Below are positions 1 through 7,493 of a stretch of 33,104 bases of DNA, piece after piece. Location: the IMG/VR virus record IMGVR_UViG_2563366897_000003; one strand, given 5' to 3'. This DNA is from a virus (lineage: Duplodnaviria > Heunggongvirae > Uroviricota > Caudoviricetes). Each line of letters starts with the position of its first letter. Position 1 is the first letter of the stretch. Position numbers and translations under genes: made by a program. The notes beneath the pieces were generated by a model. It was not told the origin of the DNA. It saw only the letters and a program-made list of their open reading frames with translations, and did no database searches.

Positions 1-85
1 CTGCATTAATTTTCTGGCGCATCCACTCATAAAGTTCATCATCGGTATAGTCTGGCGCGATGATGACGGGTTCTCGTTTCTGCAT
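1..85 (-). CDS. hypothetical protein, N-terminal part only (gene runs off the window start)
   Basis: Minus-strand ATG at 83-85 preceded by GAGGAA Shine-Dalgarno (complement of 91-96); frame stays open to the window edge (MQKREPVIIAPDYTDDELYEWMRQKINA...). Absent from the ORF track because truncated. Confidence 0.3.
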   Translation of the reverse strand, partial: MQKREPVIIAPDYTDDELYEWMRQKINA

Positions 86-114
86 ACTGATTCCTCGCGG
101 TGCTGCTTCGCTTA

Positions 115-243
115 TCAGCCGTTAGATTTTGCCGAGCTGGAAAGCGCCTGTTTAAACTCACTGAAGCTGAGAGCTTCTTCGCCTTCGGCAAGACCATCGA
201 AGTATTCTTCGTAAGCCTTTTCCATGATTGTGTCGAAATCCAT
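115..243 (-). CDS. small acidic hypothetical protein (42 aa)
   Basis: Hand-translated minus-strand ORF MDFDTIMEKAYEEYFDGLAEGEEALSFSEFKQALSSSAKSNG; its ATG (241-243) sits 1 nt after the stop of the upstream gene (245-247), suggesting translational coupling. Below the ORF-track size cut-off. Confidence 0.3.
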   Translation of the reverse strand: MDFDTIMEKAYEEYFDGLAEGEEALSFSEFKQALSSSAKSNG

Positions 244-244
244 A

Positions 245-481
245 TCACTCACCTGAGTTTCTTTCCAGCCAGCGACGGGCACCATTTTCGGTTTTAAACG
301 TTTTGCTTTTGGTATACGTCATCGCGGTGAATGTGCCGTCCTGGTTGGGAAACACGCCGTACACCAGAGATTCGTTGTTGCCAAGCTCGATAGTATCCAT
401 GCTGACCTCATTTCCCCTTAACGCCGGGGTAGCGGAACAAAAACCTGCTGCATAGTTATTAAAGTTGAACCCTGCCGTCAT
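245..481 (-). CDS. hypothetical protein of the leftward early operon (78 aa)
   Basis: ORF track 245..481; GAGG about 9 nt upstream of the ATG; same strand as, and downstream of, the repressor gene. No family recognised. Confidence 0.4.
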   Translation of the reverse strand: MTAGFNFNNYAAGFCSATPALRGNEVSMDTIELGNNESLVYGVFPNQDGTFTAMTYTKSKTFKTENGARRWLERNSGE

Positions 482-692
482 GTTCTTACGCCTCGGGCTG
501 GCTACTTAACCCCTGACCACTGCCTGGTAACTCGAAGTATTGCCCTGCATTCTGTAGGATGGGGTGAGGGAATGAATGGAGTTTAGAAAAACGAACTTTT
601 CAGGTCAATGTTTTTTTATCAAAACATTTTAAGCAGGCAGCTGTTAAGCCATCACCACGATGGCATACAGTTAATCAAATAGATGAGGTTGG

Positions 693-1331
693 TTAAATAT
701 CTTGTTGAATTTTAAAGCATACGCCCAATATGCAAGATAGATCATCCAGCATAATTGAAGGGTAGCGAGGATTCGTGGGGACTAAAAGAATATCCGGCCC
801 TTCTATCTCCAGTTTACGAATGACAGGTGTTGTGGTCCCTTTGGGTAAGGCAAGGACAATATTTCCTGGTTGTACGGTTCGATCGGGATCAATAAAAACT
901 GTTGAACCATTTGGGATGGAAACTCCCCCACCAGATGTTGACATACTGTCACTCTCTAGAACAACTGCAAAGGTATTGACCGGGATTTCTCCGACAAGCT
1001 GCACACAAGAGGTTATTGAGGAATTTTTCATATAATCACTCCAGCTTGCTGCCTGCTGAAGTGATAGTAGCGGAACCGTTTTTATCGGCGGTAAAGATAG
1101 ATCAAGCGAATCACCTGTATTTAACTCTCCTCCATTAAGAAGCCAATTTTCGTTTACTTTCAATATTTTTGCCAGTGAACTTATGTAACGCGAGGACGGC
1201 GCTCCTCCACCGTTCATCCATTGACTTACGGAGCCTTTTGATGCGCCAGTGCCATTGACAAGGTCTTTGCCTTTCAGGTTTAGCGCATGCATACGTTGGG
1301 TTATGCGTTCAGATATAGTTTGCTTGCTCAT
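693..1331 (-). CDS. cI: CI-like prophage repressor (N-terminal HTH, C-terminal S24/LexA-like autopeptidase)
   Basis: 212 aa; N-terminus has an XRE-type helix-turn-helix (QRMHALNLKGKDLVNGTGASKGSVSQW); C-terminus has an SDSMS Ser motif and a downstream Lys (VIRKL) typical of the LexA/CI Ser-Lys dyad; divergently arranged against a cro-like gene. Confidence 0.85.
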   Translation of the reverse strand: MSKQTISERITQRMHALNLKGKDLVNGTGASKGSVSQWMNGGGAPSSRYISSLAKILKVNENWLLNGGELNTGDSLDLSLPPIKTVPLLSLQQAASWSDYMKNSSITSCVQLVGEIPVNTFAVVLESDSMSTSGGGVSIPNGSTVFIDPDRTVQPGNIVLALPKGTTTPVIRKLEIEGPDILLVPTNPRYPSIMLDDLSCILGVCFKIQQDI

Positions 1332-1421
1332 GTTTTGATTTTAAAACACAGATGGTTTTGTTTCTTGACTTTTTTGGTTTTGATTATTAAACTTTTGACG
1401 TTCAGTTTTATGGAGCGACTC
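1332..1421. promoter_or_regulatory. divergent immunity promoter/operator region (pRM/pR-like)
   Basis: 90-bp AT-rich spacer between divergent repressor and cro-like genes; GTTTTGATT direct repeat at 1332-1340 and 1377-1385 plus GGTTTTG at 1354-1360 (candidate operator half-sites); candidate rightward promoter TTGACT (1365-1370) with 17-bp spacer to TAAACT (1388-1393). Confidence 0.45.
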
Positions 1422-1652
1422 ATGAAAAAATCAGAAGTATTAGGCTATTTTGGCGGAGTTGTTAAAACAGCCGCAGCTCTAGGAACGTCAAAAACCACAG
1501 TCAGCATGTGGGGGGAAGAGGTTCCGTGGAAATGGGCGTTGCTAATTCAGGCAGTCACTGCCGGGGCGCTCAAATATGAGTTACACATACCGACGGTTGT
1601 CATTCCCGGTTCTGATCATAATCCGCCTTCTAACCAAGGGGGGGATTCATGA
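1422..1652 (+). CDS. Cro/YdaS-like HTH regulator
   Basis: About 77 aa from the ATG at 1422 (GGAG 5 nt upstream; an alternative in-frame ATG lies at 1410); HTH-like segment VVKTAAALGTSKTTVSMW; position and orientation match cro/ydaS of lambdoid or Rac-type prophages. Confidence 0.7.
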   Translation: MKKSEVLGYFGGVVKTAAALGTSKTTVSMWGEEVPWKWALLIQAVTAGALKYELHIPTVVIPGSDHNPPSNQGGDS

Positions 1653-2074
1653 AAATCAAGCATGAACACATCCGCATGGCGATGAATGCCTGGGCGCATC
1701 CGGACGGCGAAAAAGTACCGGCTGCGAAAATTACCAAAGCGTATTTCGAGCTGGGAATGACGTTCCCGGAACTGTATGACGACAGCCATCCGGAAGCCCT
1801 GGCTCGCAATACCCAGAAAATTTTCCGCTGGGTAGAGAAAGACACCCCTGATGCAGTTGAAAAAATTCAGGCGTTGTTACCAGCGATCGAAAAGGCAATG
1901 CCACCTTTGCTGGTGGCCAGAATGCGCAGCCACAGTTCAGCTTATTTTCGGGAGCTGGTGGAGACGCGGGAGCGACTGGTGAGAGACGCTGATGATTTTG
2001 TCGCAGTGGCAATCGCCGGTTTCAATCAGATGAACCGTGGTGGCCCGGCAGGAAATGCTGTGGCAGTACATTGA
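1649..2074 (+). CDS. YdaT/CII-like regulatory protein
   Basis: 141 aa beginning MKIKHEHI..., overlapping the cro-like stop by 4 nt (ATGA); size, N-terminal motif and position match the YdaT family as recalled from memory. Confidence 0.6.
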   Translation: MKIKHEHIRMAMNAWAHPDGEKVPAAKITKAYFELGMTFPELYDDSHPEALARNTQKIFRWVEKDTPDAVEKIQALLPAIEKAMPPLLVARMRSHSSAYFRELVETRERLVRDADDFVAVAIAGFNQMNRGGPAGNAVAVH

Positions 2075-2139
2075 CTGACAATAGCCATATCGAATCGCTT
2101 CCGGCAACTCGTGAGTAAAAAGATTCGGTATCAGAAGAG

Positions 2140-3216
2140 GTGAGTATGGCTAACGCTTGGCTCAGATTATGGCATGACATGCCAAATGACCCTAAGTGGC
2201 GAACAATTGCCAGGGTGTCAGGGCAGCCAATTGCAACAGTGATGGCAGTGTATATCCACCTCCTGGTGAGCGCGTCACGAAATGTCACGCGAGGTCACAT
2301 TGATGTCACGACAGAAGATTTAGCAAGTGCGCTCGACGTGACAGAAGAGGTAATTGATTCAATTTTGCAGACGATGCAGGGGCGGGTACTTGATGGTGAT
2401 TTAATCACTGGATGGGAAAAACGCCAGGTGCTTAAAGAGGACAACGGCAATATTTCGCAAACCGCAAAATCTCCGGCAGAGCGCAAGAGGGCGCAGCGAG
2501 AGAGGGAAAGAAAGCGGGAACAAAATGGCGATTGTCACGGCGCGTCACGAAATGTCACGCACATGTCACGACGAGTCACGACAGATAAAGATACAGATAA
2601 AGATACAGATCAAGAAGATCAAAACACTATGGTCCATGGCGTAAAAAACGCCACGAACCAGGCAGGGGATGTTCAGACCGTCAATCCTGGTCAGCCAGCA
2701 GGCACGACACCGGAAGCCGATTCAGCGTATGCGCTGAAAGCCGATTCGGGCGCTGTGCAGCAGGTGATGACCCCAAGGCCGGAACAATCACACCAACTGC
2801 AGCAGCCTGAAGCCGATTTCGCCATTCAGCGGGAAGCCGATCGGGTAGTCCCGGAAAACACCGGGCTGTCTGTGGGACGAGTGGATTATCCGGATGTGTT
2901 CGAACAGGTCTGGCGGGAGTACCCGTTGCGTGCCGGAGCAAACCCGAAGAAATCCGCTTTCAGTGCATGGAAGGCCAGATTACGCGAGGGGGTGCCACCA
3001 GAGGCCATGCTGGATGGCGTGAGGCGTTACGCAAGATACTTGGCGGCTACCGGGAAAACGGGAACGGAATTTGTTCAGCGAGCGACGACGTTTTTTGGAC
3101 CGGACCGGAATTTTGAGAACCCCTGGTTGCTCCCGGTAAGCGGCACGAACAACCAGCGTTGTGTGAATCATATTTCTGAACCGGATAACGAAATTCCGCC
3201 GGGCTTCAGGGGGTAA
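2140..3216 (+). CDS. replication initiator / phage replisome organizer with embedded origin iterons
   Basis: 358 aa; N-terminus (WLRLWHDMPNDPKWRTIA) resembles the phage replisome-organizer N-terminal domain; conserved C-terminal block WREYPLRAGANPKKSAFSAWKARL...FFGP; two iteron clusters lie inside the coding sequence, as in lambda O. Confidence 0.7.
   Translation: MSMANAWLRLWHDMPNDPKWRTIARVSGQPIATVMAVYIHLLVSASRNVTRGHIDVTTEDLASALDVTEEVIDSILQTMQGRVLDGDLITGWEKRQVLKEDNGNISQTAKSPAERKRAQRERERKREQNGDCHGASRNVTHMSRRVTTDKDTDKDTDQEDQNTMVHGVKNATNQAGDVQTVNPGQPAGTTPEADSAYALKADSGAVQQVMTPRPEQSHQLQQPEADFAIQREADRVVPENTGLSVGRVDYPDVFEQVWREYPLRAGANPKKSAFSAWKARLREGVPPEAMLDGVRRYARYLAATGKTGTEFVQRATTFFGPDRNFENPWLLPVSGTNNQRCVNHISEPDNEIPPGFRG
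2274..2620. repeat. putative replication origin: GTCACG iteron arrays plus a tandem 12-bp repeat
   Basis: GTCAC(G/A) at 2274, 2284, 2294, 2305 and again at 2534, 2544, 2554, 2565, 2575 (10-11 bp spacing, about one helical turn), an inverted copy at 2337-2342, then tandem ACAGATAAAGAT x2 (2581-2604). Confidence 0.6.
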
Positions 3217-3256
3217 GTGTTAATTTCTGGTCATGAGGTAATTTTCAGGAGGGCTT

Positions 3257-3679
3257 GTGGCAAAAGTTTTTACACAAGAAGAGCGGGAAAAAATTAAAGG
3301 ACAGGTTGTTGAACTCGTACGCCAGAGTGGGCGCGAGACGTTACGACAACTGGAAACTAAAACTGGGGCAACAAGATATCTGATGAGCGTTCTGGCCAGA
3401 GAGCTGGTTGCCAGTGGCGATGTATACAATTCTGGCTACGGGTTATTCCCGTCTGAACAGGCTCGTAAAGACTGGCAAAATGCCCGCAAAAAATTATCGA
3501 GGGCAAAGCTGAAGAAACCGGTTGTGGTTGATCCGGACCTTATCTGGTCGTTACCTGACGGAGAAATACGTCGCTACGACAGTCGCCTAAACATAATCTG
3601 TCGCGAGTGCCGGAAGAGTGAAGCTATGCAGCGTGTACTGGCTTTCTATCAGGGTAATTTTCAGGAGGCGGTACTGTGA
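3257..3679 (+). CDS. hypothetical protein (140 aa)
   Basis: ORF track; GTG start preceded by CAGGAGG; follows the replication gene. No Walker motif, so not an obvious DnaC/P-type helicase loader. Confidence 0.5.
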   Translation: MAKVFTQEEREKIKGQVVELVRQSGRETLRQLETKTGATRYLMSVLARELVASGDVYNSGYGLFPSEQARKDWQNARKKLSRAKLKKPVVVDPDLIWSLPDGEIRRYDSRLNIICRECRKSEAMQRVLAFYQGNFQEAVL

Positions 3680-4093
3680 GTGAAATTAGCTATCAGGCTT
3701 CAATTACCGCTGGCATTCGCATCAAAGGAGAGGAGCATGGAAATAAAACCAGAGGATGAGTTAAGCAATATCGTTTTATTTCCGGTAAAAGAGGATGACC
3801 CTCGTAATCAGGTTAATTTTCTTTATGAGCCATCGGAAAGACCATATTGTCATCACGCCTCTGTCCGGGTTGACGAAAAAGAGCGTCAGGTCCGCTGTAA
3901 AATCTGCGGTGCAGTTGTGGAGCCATTTGACTGGATGCTCTCTGTGGCGAAAAGAGAAACCAGACTGGCAGATGATGTAAGGCTCTTGCGTCAGGAGGAG
4001 CGGGAAAGGCGAAAAAATATAGAAAAGCTAATTCAGATTGAGCGTAACGCGAAAGCGCGGATACGCAGGGCGACAAAATCCAGAACTGAATAA
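3680..4093 (+). CDS. hypothetical protein with putative zinc-binding motif (CHH...CxxC)
   Basis: ORF track 3680..4093 (GTG directly after the upstream stop); an alternative ATG at 3737 has a stronger AAAGGAGAGG SD and gives 118 aa; contains CHHASVRVDEKERQVRCKICG and a basic coiled C-terminus. Confidence 0.5.
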   Translation: MKLAIRLQLPLAFASKERSMEIKPEDELSNIVLFPVKEDDPRNQVNFLYEPSERPYCHHASVRVDEKERQVRCKICGAVVEPFDWMLSVAKRETRLADDVRLLRQEERERRKNIEKLIQIERNAKARIRRATKSRTE

Positions 4094-4186
4094 TTAAATT
4101 TAGCTCTGTTAAAAATTTAATCCTTAACCGGAGGGATTTCTGCACCCTCAGAACATCAGGAGGCCGCCCGAAAGGGCGGTAGTTAA

Positions 4187-4369
4187 ATGCGAAAGTTTAA
4201 AATAATTATTGAAACGGGAATAGCCGGTGGAGATTTCGAGGATGAATTCGAAGTGGATGATGATGCGACGCCTGATGAAATACATGACGAAGCAAAAGAT
4301 ATTTTCTTTAACTACTGCAATTACTCATATCACGAAATAAAAGACGAAGAGGAAGAACAAAATGGCTGA
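4187..4369 (+). CDS. small highly acidic protein (60 aa)
   Basis: ORF track; very Asp/Glu-rich (GDFEDEFEVDDDATPDEIHDE...KDEEEEQNG); AGGAGG lies upstream, separated from the ATG by a GAAA-tetraloop hairpin. Confidence 0.45.
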   Translation: MRKFKIIIETGIAGGDFEDEFEVDDDATPDEIHDEAKDIFFNYCNYSYHEIKDEEEEQNG

Positions 4370-4537
4370 TTTTGGTTCAACTAAATACAACGTCAGTTTT
4401 GAAGAATGGCATGAACTGTTAATGGACTATGCAGAGTTACGTGGTGGCAGTGCTGCTGATGCTGAAGCATGGCGTGATGATTATGAAGCAGGAAAAACTC
4501 CGGTCGAAGCATATTGTGATGAGTGGGGCGATGAATG
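4362..4537 (+). CDS. small acidic protein (58 aa)
   Basis: Hand-translated MADFGSTKYNVSFEEWHELLMDYAELRGGSAADAEAWRDDYEAGKTPVEAYCDEWGDE; its ATG overlaps the stop of the preceding acidic gene (ATGGCTGA). Below the ORF-track size cut-off. Confidence 0.4.
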
Positions 4538-4860
4538 AGCGAGGTTAATTATCAGGAAGGGCATGAAACGGCGGGGCAAGCAAAAACAGTGGCATGGCGA
4601 TATCGCTACGTGAAAAAAAAGGCGTTACGGACTTTCAGGGGAAGTAGTGGTCTGGTGACTGGAAATATGTACCGAAAAAAGAGGATTGTAACGACAGGCC
4701 GAACTATGAAATTCAGGCCTTATTCACTGCCCCGCCAGTCCCGGTTACATCAGAAGAACTGGTTAAAGCTGTGCACTTTTATGAACAACTAAAACGCGAA
4801 AATCCACCAGCATCCGGAAACCTGATTACAGATTCCCAGATAAGGCAATGAGCTACCTGG
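4535..4860 (+). pseudogene. probable frameshifted gene remnant
   Basis: Track ORF 4535..4792 turns into low-complexity basic sequence after an A8 homopolymer (4613-4620); a second frame (4648-4851) encodes protein-like sequence (...NYEIQALFTAPPVPVTSEELVKAVHFYEQLKRENPPASGNLITDSQIRQ) with no start codon. Confidence 0.25.
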
Positions 4861-5021
4861 CGCAGAACGGGCTGATAAGTATGGGGAATGTTTTACGATG
4901 AATATTTAGACTAAAGAGTTTGTAACGCTATGTAAGTGATTTTTTCTGGTTTAGATATTTATATGTCCGGCCAAATTGAGGTGTGTTTAAATGTAATTGC
5001 ACATTGATTGTAGGAGGAATA

Positions 5022-5201
5022 ATGAAAAACGCATTGCAGTTTTTGTTTGTTGCGTTCTGGTTGTTCGTATCATGTATGCCCATCATCTTCACAGCAAGGT
5101 ATATGGAAAAAGTTGATGTTTTGATATTAATATTTGGATATATAAATGCCCTTTTTTTAGGGGTGTTCATGGCGGTCATGTGCATTGAATACTGGCGGTA
5201 A
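5022..5201 (+). CDS. small hydrophobic membrane protein (59 aa, two predicted TM segments)
   Basis: AGGAGG 6 nt upstream of the ATG at 5022; MKNALQFLFVAFWLFVSCMPIIFTARYMEKVDVLILIFGYINALFLGVFMAVMCIEYWR; sits in an AT-rich island with promoter-like sequence upstream. Confidence 0.45.
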   Translation: MKNALQFLFVAFWLFVSCMPIIFTARYMEKVDVLILIFGYINALFLGVFMAVMCIEYWR

Positions 5202-5460
5202 ATACAGCGAACGCCATTGGTTTAGTTGGATATTTACTGTGCCGGACAAAAACGGTTTGCGGGGAAATCTTAGTTAAGTAGAATGACTGCGGGTGCTTGA
5301 GGCTATCTGTCTCAGGCATGAACACCAAAAGGCAGATAGAGAAAAGCCCCAGTTAACATTACGCGTCCTGCAAGACGCTTAACATTAATCTGAGGCTCAA
5401 TCTATGAACGGCAAATCTAGGTTAGCCTCTTACGTGCCGAAAGGCAAGGAGAAGCAGGCT

Positions 5461-5616
5461 ATGAAGCAGCAAAAGGCGATGTTAATCGCCCTGATCGTCA
5501 TCTGTTTAACCGTCATAGTGACGGCACTGGTAACGAGGAAAGACCTCTGCGAGGTACGAATCCGAACCGGCCAGACGGAGGTCGCTGTCTTCACAGCTTA
5601 CGAACCTGAGGAGTAA
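5461..5616 (+). CDS. hok: Hok/Gef family type I toxin (HokD/RelF-like)
   Basis: MKQQKAMLIALIVICLTVIVTALVTRKDLCEVRIRTGQTEVAVFTAYEPEE is a clear Hok/Gef-family sequence; AAGGAG-like SD upstream; the track ORF starts earlier in frame at 5404 (possible leader/mok-like extension). Confidence 0.8.
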   Translation: MKQQKAMLIALIVICLTVIVTALVTRKDLCEVRIRTGQTEVAVFTAYEPEE

Positions 5617-5686
5617 GAGACCTGGCGGGGGAGAAATCCCTCGCCACCTCTGATGTGTCAGGCATCCTCAACGCACCCGCACTTAA

Positions 5687-5711
5687 CCCGCTTCGGCGGG
5701 TTTTGTTTTTT
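5687..5711 (+). terminator. rho-independent terminator downstream of hok
   Basis: CCCGC-TTCG-GCGGG hairpin followed by TTTTGTTTTTT. Confidence 0.6.
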
Positions 5712-5783
5712 CCTGGCATTCTGGTTTACAATTCGCACGTCAGCCTGAACACCTGACACCTGCTGCGCCAGCAGAGAAAACAG

Positions 5784-6056
5784 ATGGCGCACAAAACCAA
5801 ATTTCACAATTCTGATACCGACCTTGCCATCCGGCATGAGCGGCGTTCACACGCATTTAAAACCGACTGGTACCAACACCCACCATGTACTGAAGAACAG
5901 GCCGAATGGCTGATTCATTCTTACCGCAGGCGCGGGTTCGAGGTTAAGAAAGCTCTCAGTCTCGACTATCGGCACTGGATAATCTCTGTCAGGCTGCCTT
6001 ATTCCGAACGCCCACCACGTCCGTCCCGCACTTTCCAGCAACGGATCTGGAGGTAA
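5784..6056 (+). CDS. hypothetical protein (90 aa)
   Basis: ORF track; directly precedes the DUF968 gene in the same orientation. No family recognised. Confidence 0.4.
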   Translation: MAHKTKFHNSDTDLAIRHERRSHAFKTDWYQHPPCTEEQAEWLIHSYRRRGFEVKKALSLDYRHWIISVRLPYSERPPRPSRTFQQRIWR

Positions 6057-6057
6057 C

Positions 6058-7116
6058 GTGCGGGTATTACTTAGACCTGTTCTGGTGCCTGAGCTTGGGC
6101 TGGTGGTCCTTAAGCCGGGCCGTGAATCCATACAGATATTTCATAATCCTCGAGTGCTGGTGGAGCCGGAACCGAAAAGCATGTGCGGCCTGCCATCCGG
6201 AGTCGTCCCTGCCGTTCGCCAGCCGCTGGCGGAGGATAAATCATTACTGCCATTTTTCAGCAATGAGCGTGTGATTCGTGCTGCTGGCGGCGCTGGTGCA
6301 CTGTCTGACTGGCTGTTGCGCCATATTAAATCCTGCCAGTGGCCACACGGTGATTATCACCACAGTGAAACCGTCATTCACCGTTATGGTACCGGCGCAA
6401 TGGTGTTGTGCTGGCACTGCGACAACCAGTTGTGTGACCAGACCTCAGAATCACTTGAGCAACTTGCTCACCAAAACTTGTCAGCATGGATGATTGACGT
6501 CATCCGTCACGCAATCAGCGGTACGCAGGAGAGGGAGTTATCGCTGGCCGAATTATCCTGGTGGGCGGTCTGCAATCAGGTGGCTGATGCGCTTCCGGAG
6601 TCTGTATTGTGTCGTTCACTGGGATTACCGGTGGAAAAAATCCGCTCCGTATACCGTGAGAGTGACATCGTACCGGGAGAACAGACTGCCACCAGCATAC
6701 TGAAGCAGCGCACAAAAAATATTGCGCTGCCACTTCACGTCCACCAGCAACAGCCCCCACTCCAGGAAAAGACGTTAGTAAGCATCGCCGTTGATCCGGA
6801 GTCTCCGGCTCAGTATCTCCAGCGCCAGAAACCACAACGGGAAGAGATGCCTGTATACACGCGCTGGGTAAAAACGCAGAAATGCATGACGTGCGGTAAT
6901 CAGGCAGATGATCCGCATCACATCATTGGTCATGGCCTGGGAGGTATGGGAACAAAGGCTGATGATTTGTTTGTTATTCCGCTGTGCCGTAAATGTCATA
7001 ACGAACTGCACGCCGGGGTAAAAGATTTTGAAGAAAAACACGGCAGCCAGCTGTTGTTGCTGATTCGTTTTTTAATGCACGCGAGAAATTCGGGTGTCCT
7101 GAAGTGGAAAGCATGA
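6058..7116 (+). CDS. DUF968-family prophage protein (YdfU-like) with C-terminal HNH/zinc-finger-like motif
   Basis: 352 aa; C-terminal block CMTCGNQADDPHHIIGHGLGG...CRKCHNELH matches DUF968; located between hok and rusA as in Qin-type prophages. Confidence 0.7.
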   Translation: MRVLLRPVLVPELGLVVLKPGRESIQIFHNPRVLVEPEPKSMCGLPSGVVPAVRQPLAEDKSLLPFFSNERVIRAAGGAGALSDWLLRHIKSCQWPHGDYHHSETVIHRYGTGAMVLCWHCDNQLCDQTSESLEQLAHQNLSAWMIDVIRHAISGTQERELSLAELSWWAVCNQVADALPESVLCRSLGLPVEKIRSVYRESDIVPGEQTATSILKQRTKNIALPLHVHQQQPPLQEKTLVSIAVDPESPAQYLQRQKPQREEMPVYTRWVKTQKCMTCGNQADDPHHIIGHGLGGMGTKADDLFVIPLCRKCHNELHAGVKDFEEKHGSQLLLLIRFLMHARNSGVLKWKA

Positions 7117-7479
7117 ATGACTGAACGCATAGAATTTGTTTTGCCTTACCCGCCGACGGTGAATACCTACTGGCGACGTCATGGCAATACGTATTTCATC
7201 TCGGAGGCCGGAAAGCGTTATCGCCGTGATGTGGCGCTAATTGTTCGCCAGCAGCGGCTGAAATTAAACCTGTCCGGAAGGCTGGCGATAAAGGTGATTG
7301 CAGAGCCACCGGATAAGCGTCGTCGCGACCTGGACAATATCCTGAAAGCACCGCTGGATGCGCTGACGCATGCGGGAGTGTTAATGGACGATGAGCAGTT
7401 TGATGAAATCAATATCGTTCGTGGTCAGCCAGTATCTGGTGGACGTCTGGGGGTGAAGATTTACCCCATAATGCATTAA
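7117..7479 (+). CDS. rusA: RusA-family Holliday junction resolvase
   Basis: 120 aa; LPYPPTVNTYWRR...RRRDLDNILKAPLDAL...GGRL matches RusA motifs, including the catalytic acidic cluster. Confidence 0.85.
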   Translation: MTERIEFVLPYPPTVNTYWRRHGNTYFISEAGKRYRRDVALIVRQQRLKLNLSGRLAIKVIAEPPDKRRRDLDNILKAPLDALTHAGVLMDDEQFDEINIVRGQPVSGGRLGVKIYPIMH

Positions 7480-7493
7480 GAGCAGGTCAAAAA

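Noticed and set aside
775-1035. 86-aa plus-strand ORF within the repressor gene
   Set aside because: Antisense to the well-supported CI-like gene; no RBS and no recognisable family.
2274-2580. Possible CRISPR array suggested by regularly spaced short repeats
   Set aside because: Repeats are 6 bp at 10-11 bp spacing inside a coding region, not 25-40 bp repeats with unique spacers, and there are no cas genes; interpreted as replication iterons.
2681-3171. Minus-strand ORFs (2681-2941, 2980-3171) inside the replication gene
   Set aside because: Antisense to a gene with clear replisome-organizer motifs; translations are Pro/Arg-rich.
5404-5460. Upstream in-frame extension of hok as the true start (70-aa product)
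   Set aside because: Hok-family toxins are about 50 aa, and the ATG at 5461 has an appropriately spaced AAGGAG-like SD; the extension is kept only as a possible leader/mok-like element.
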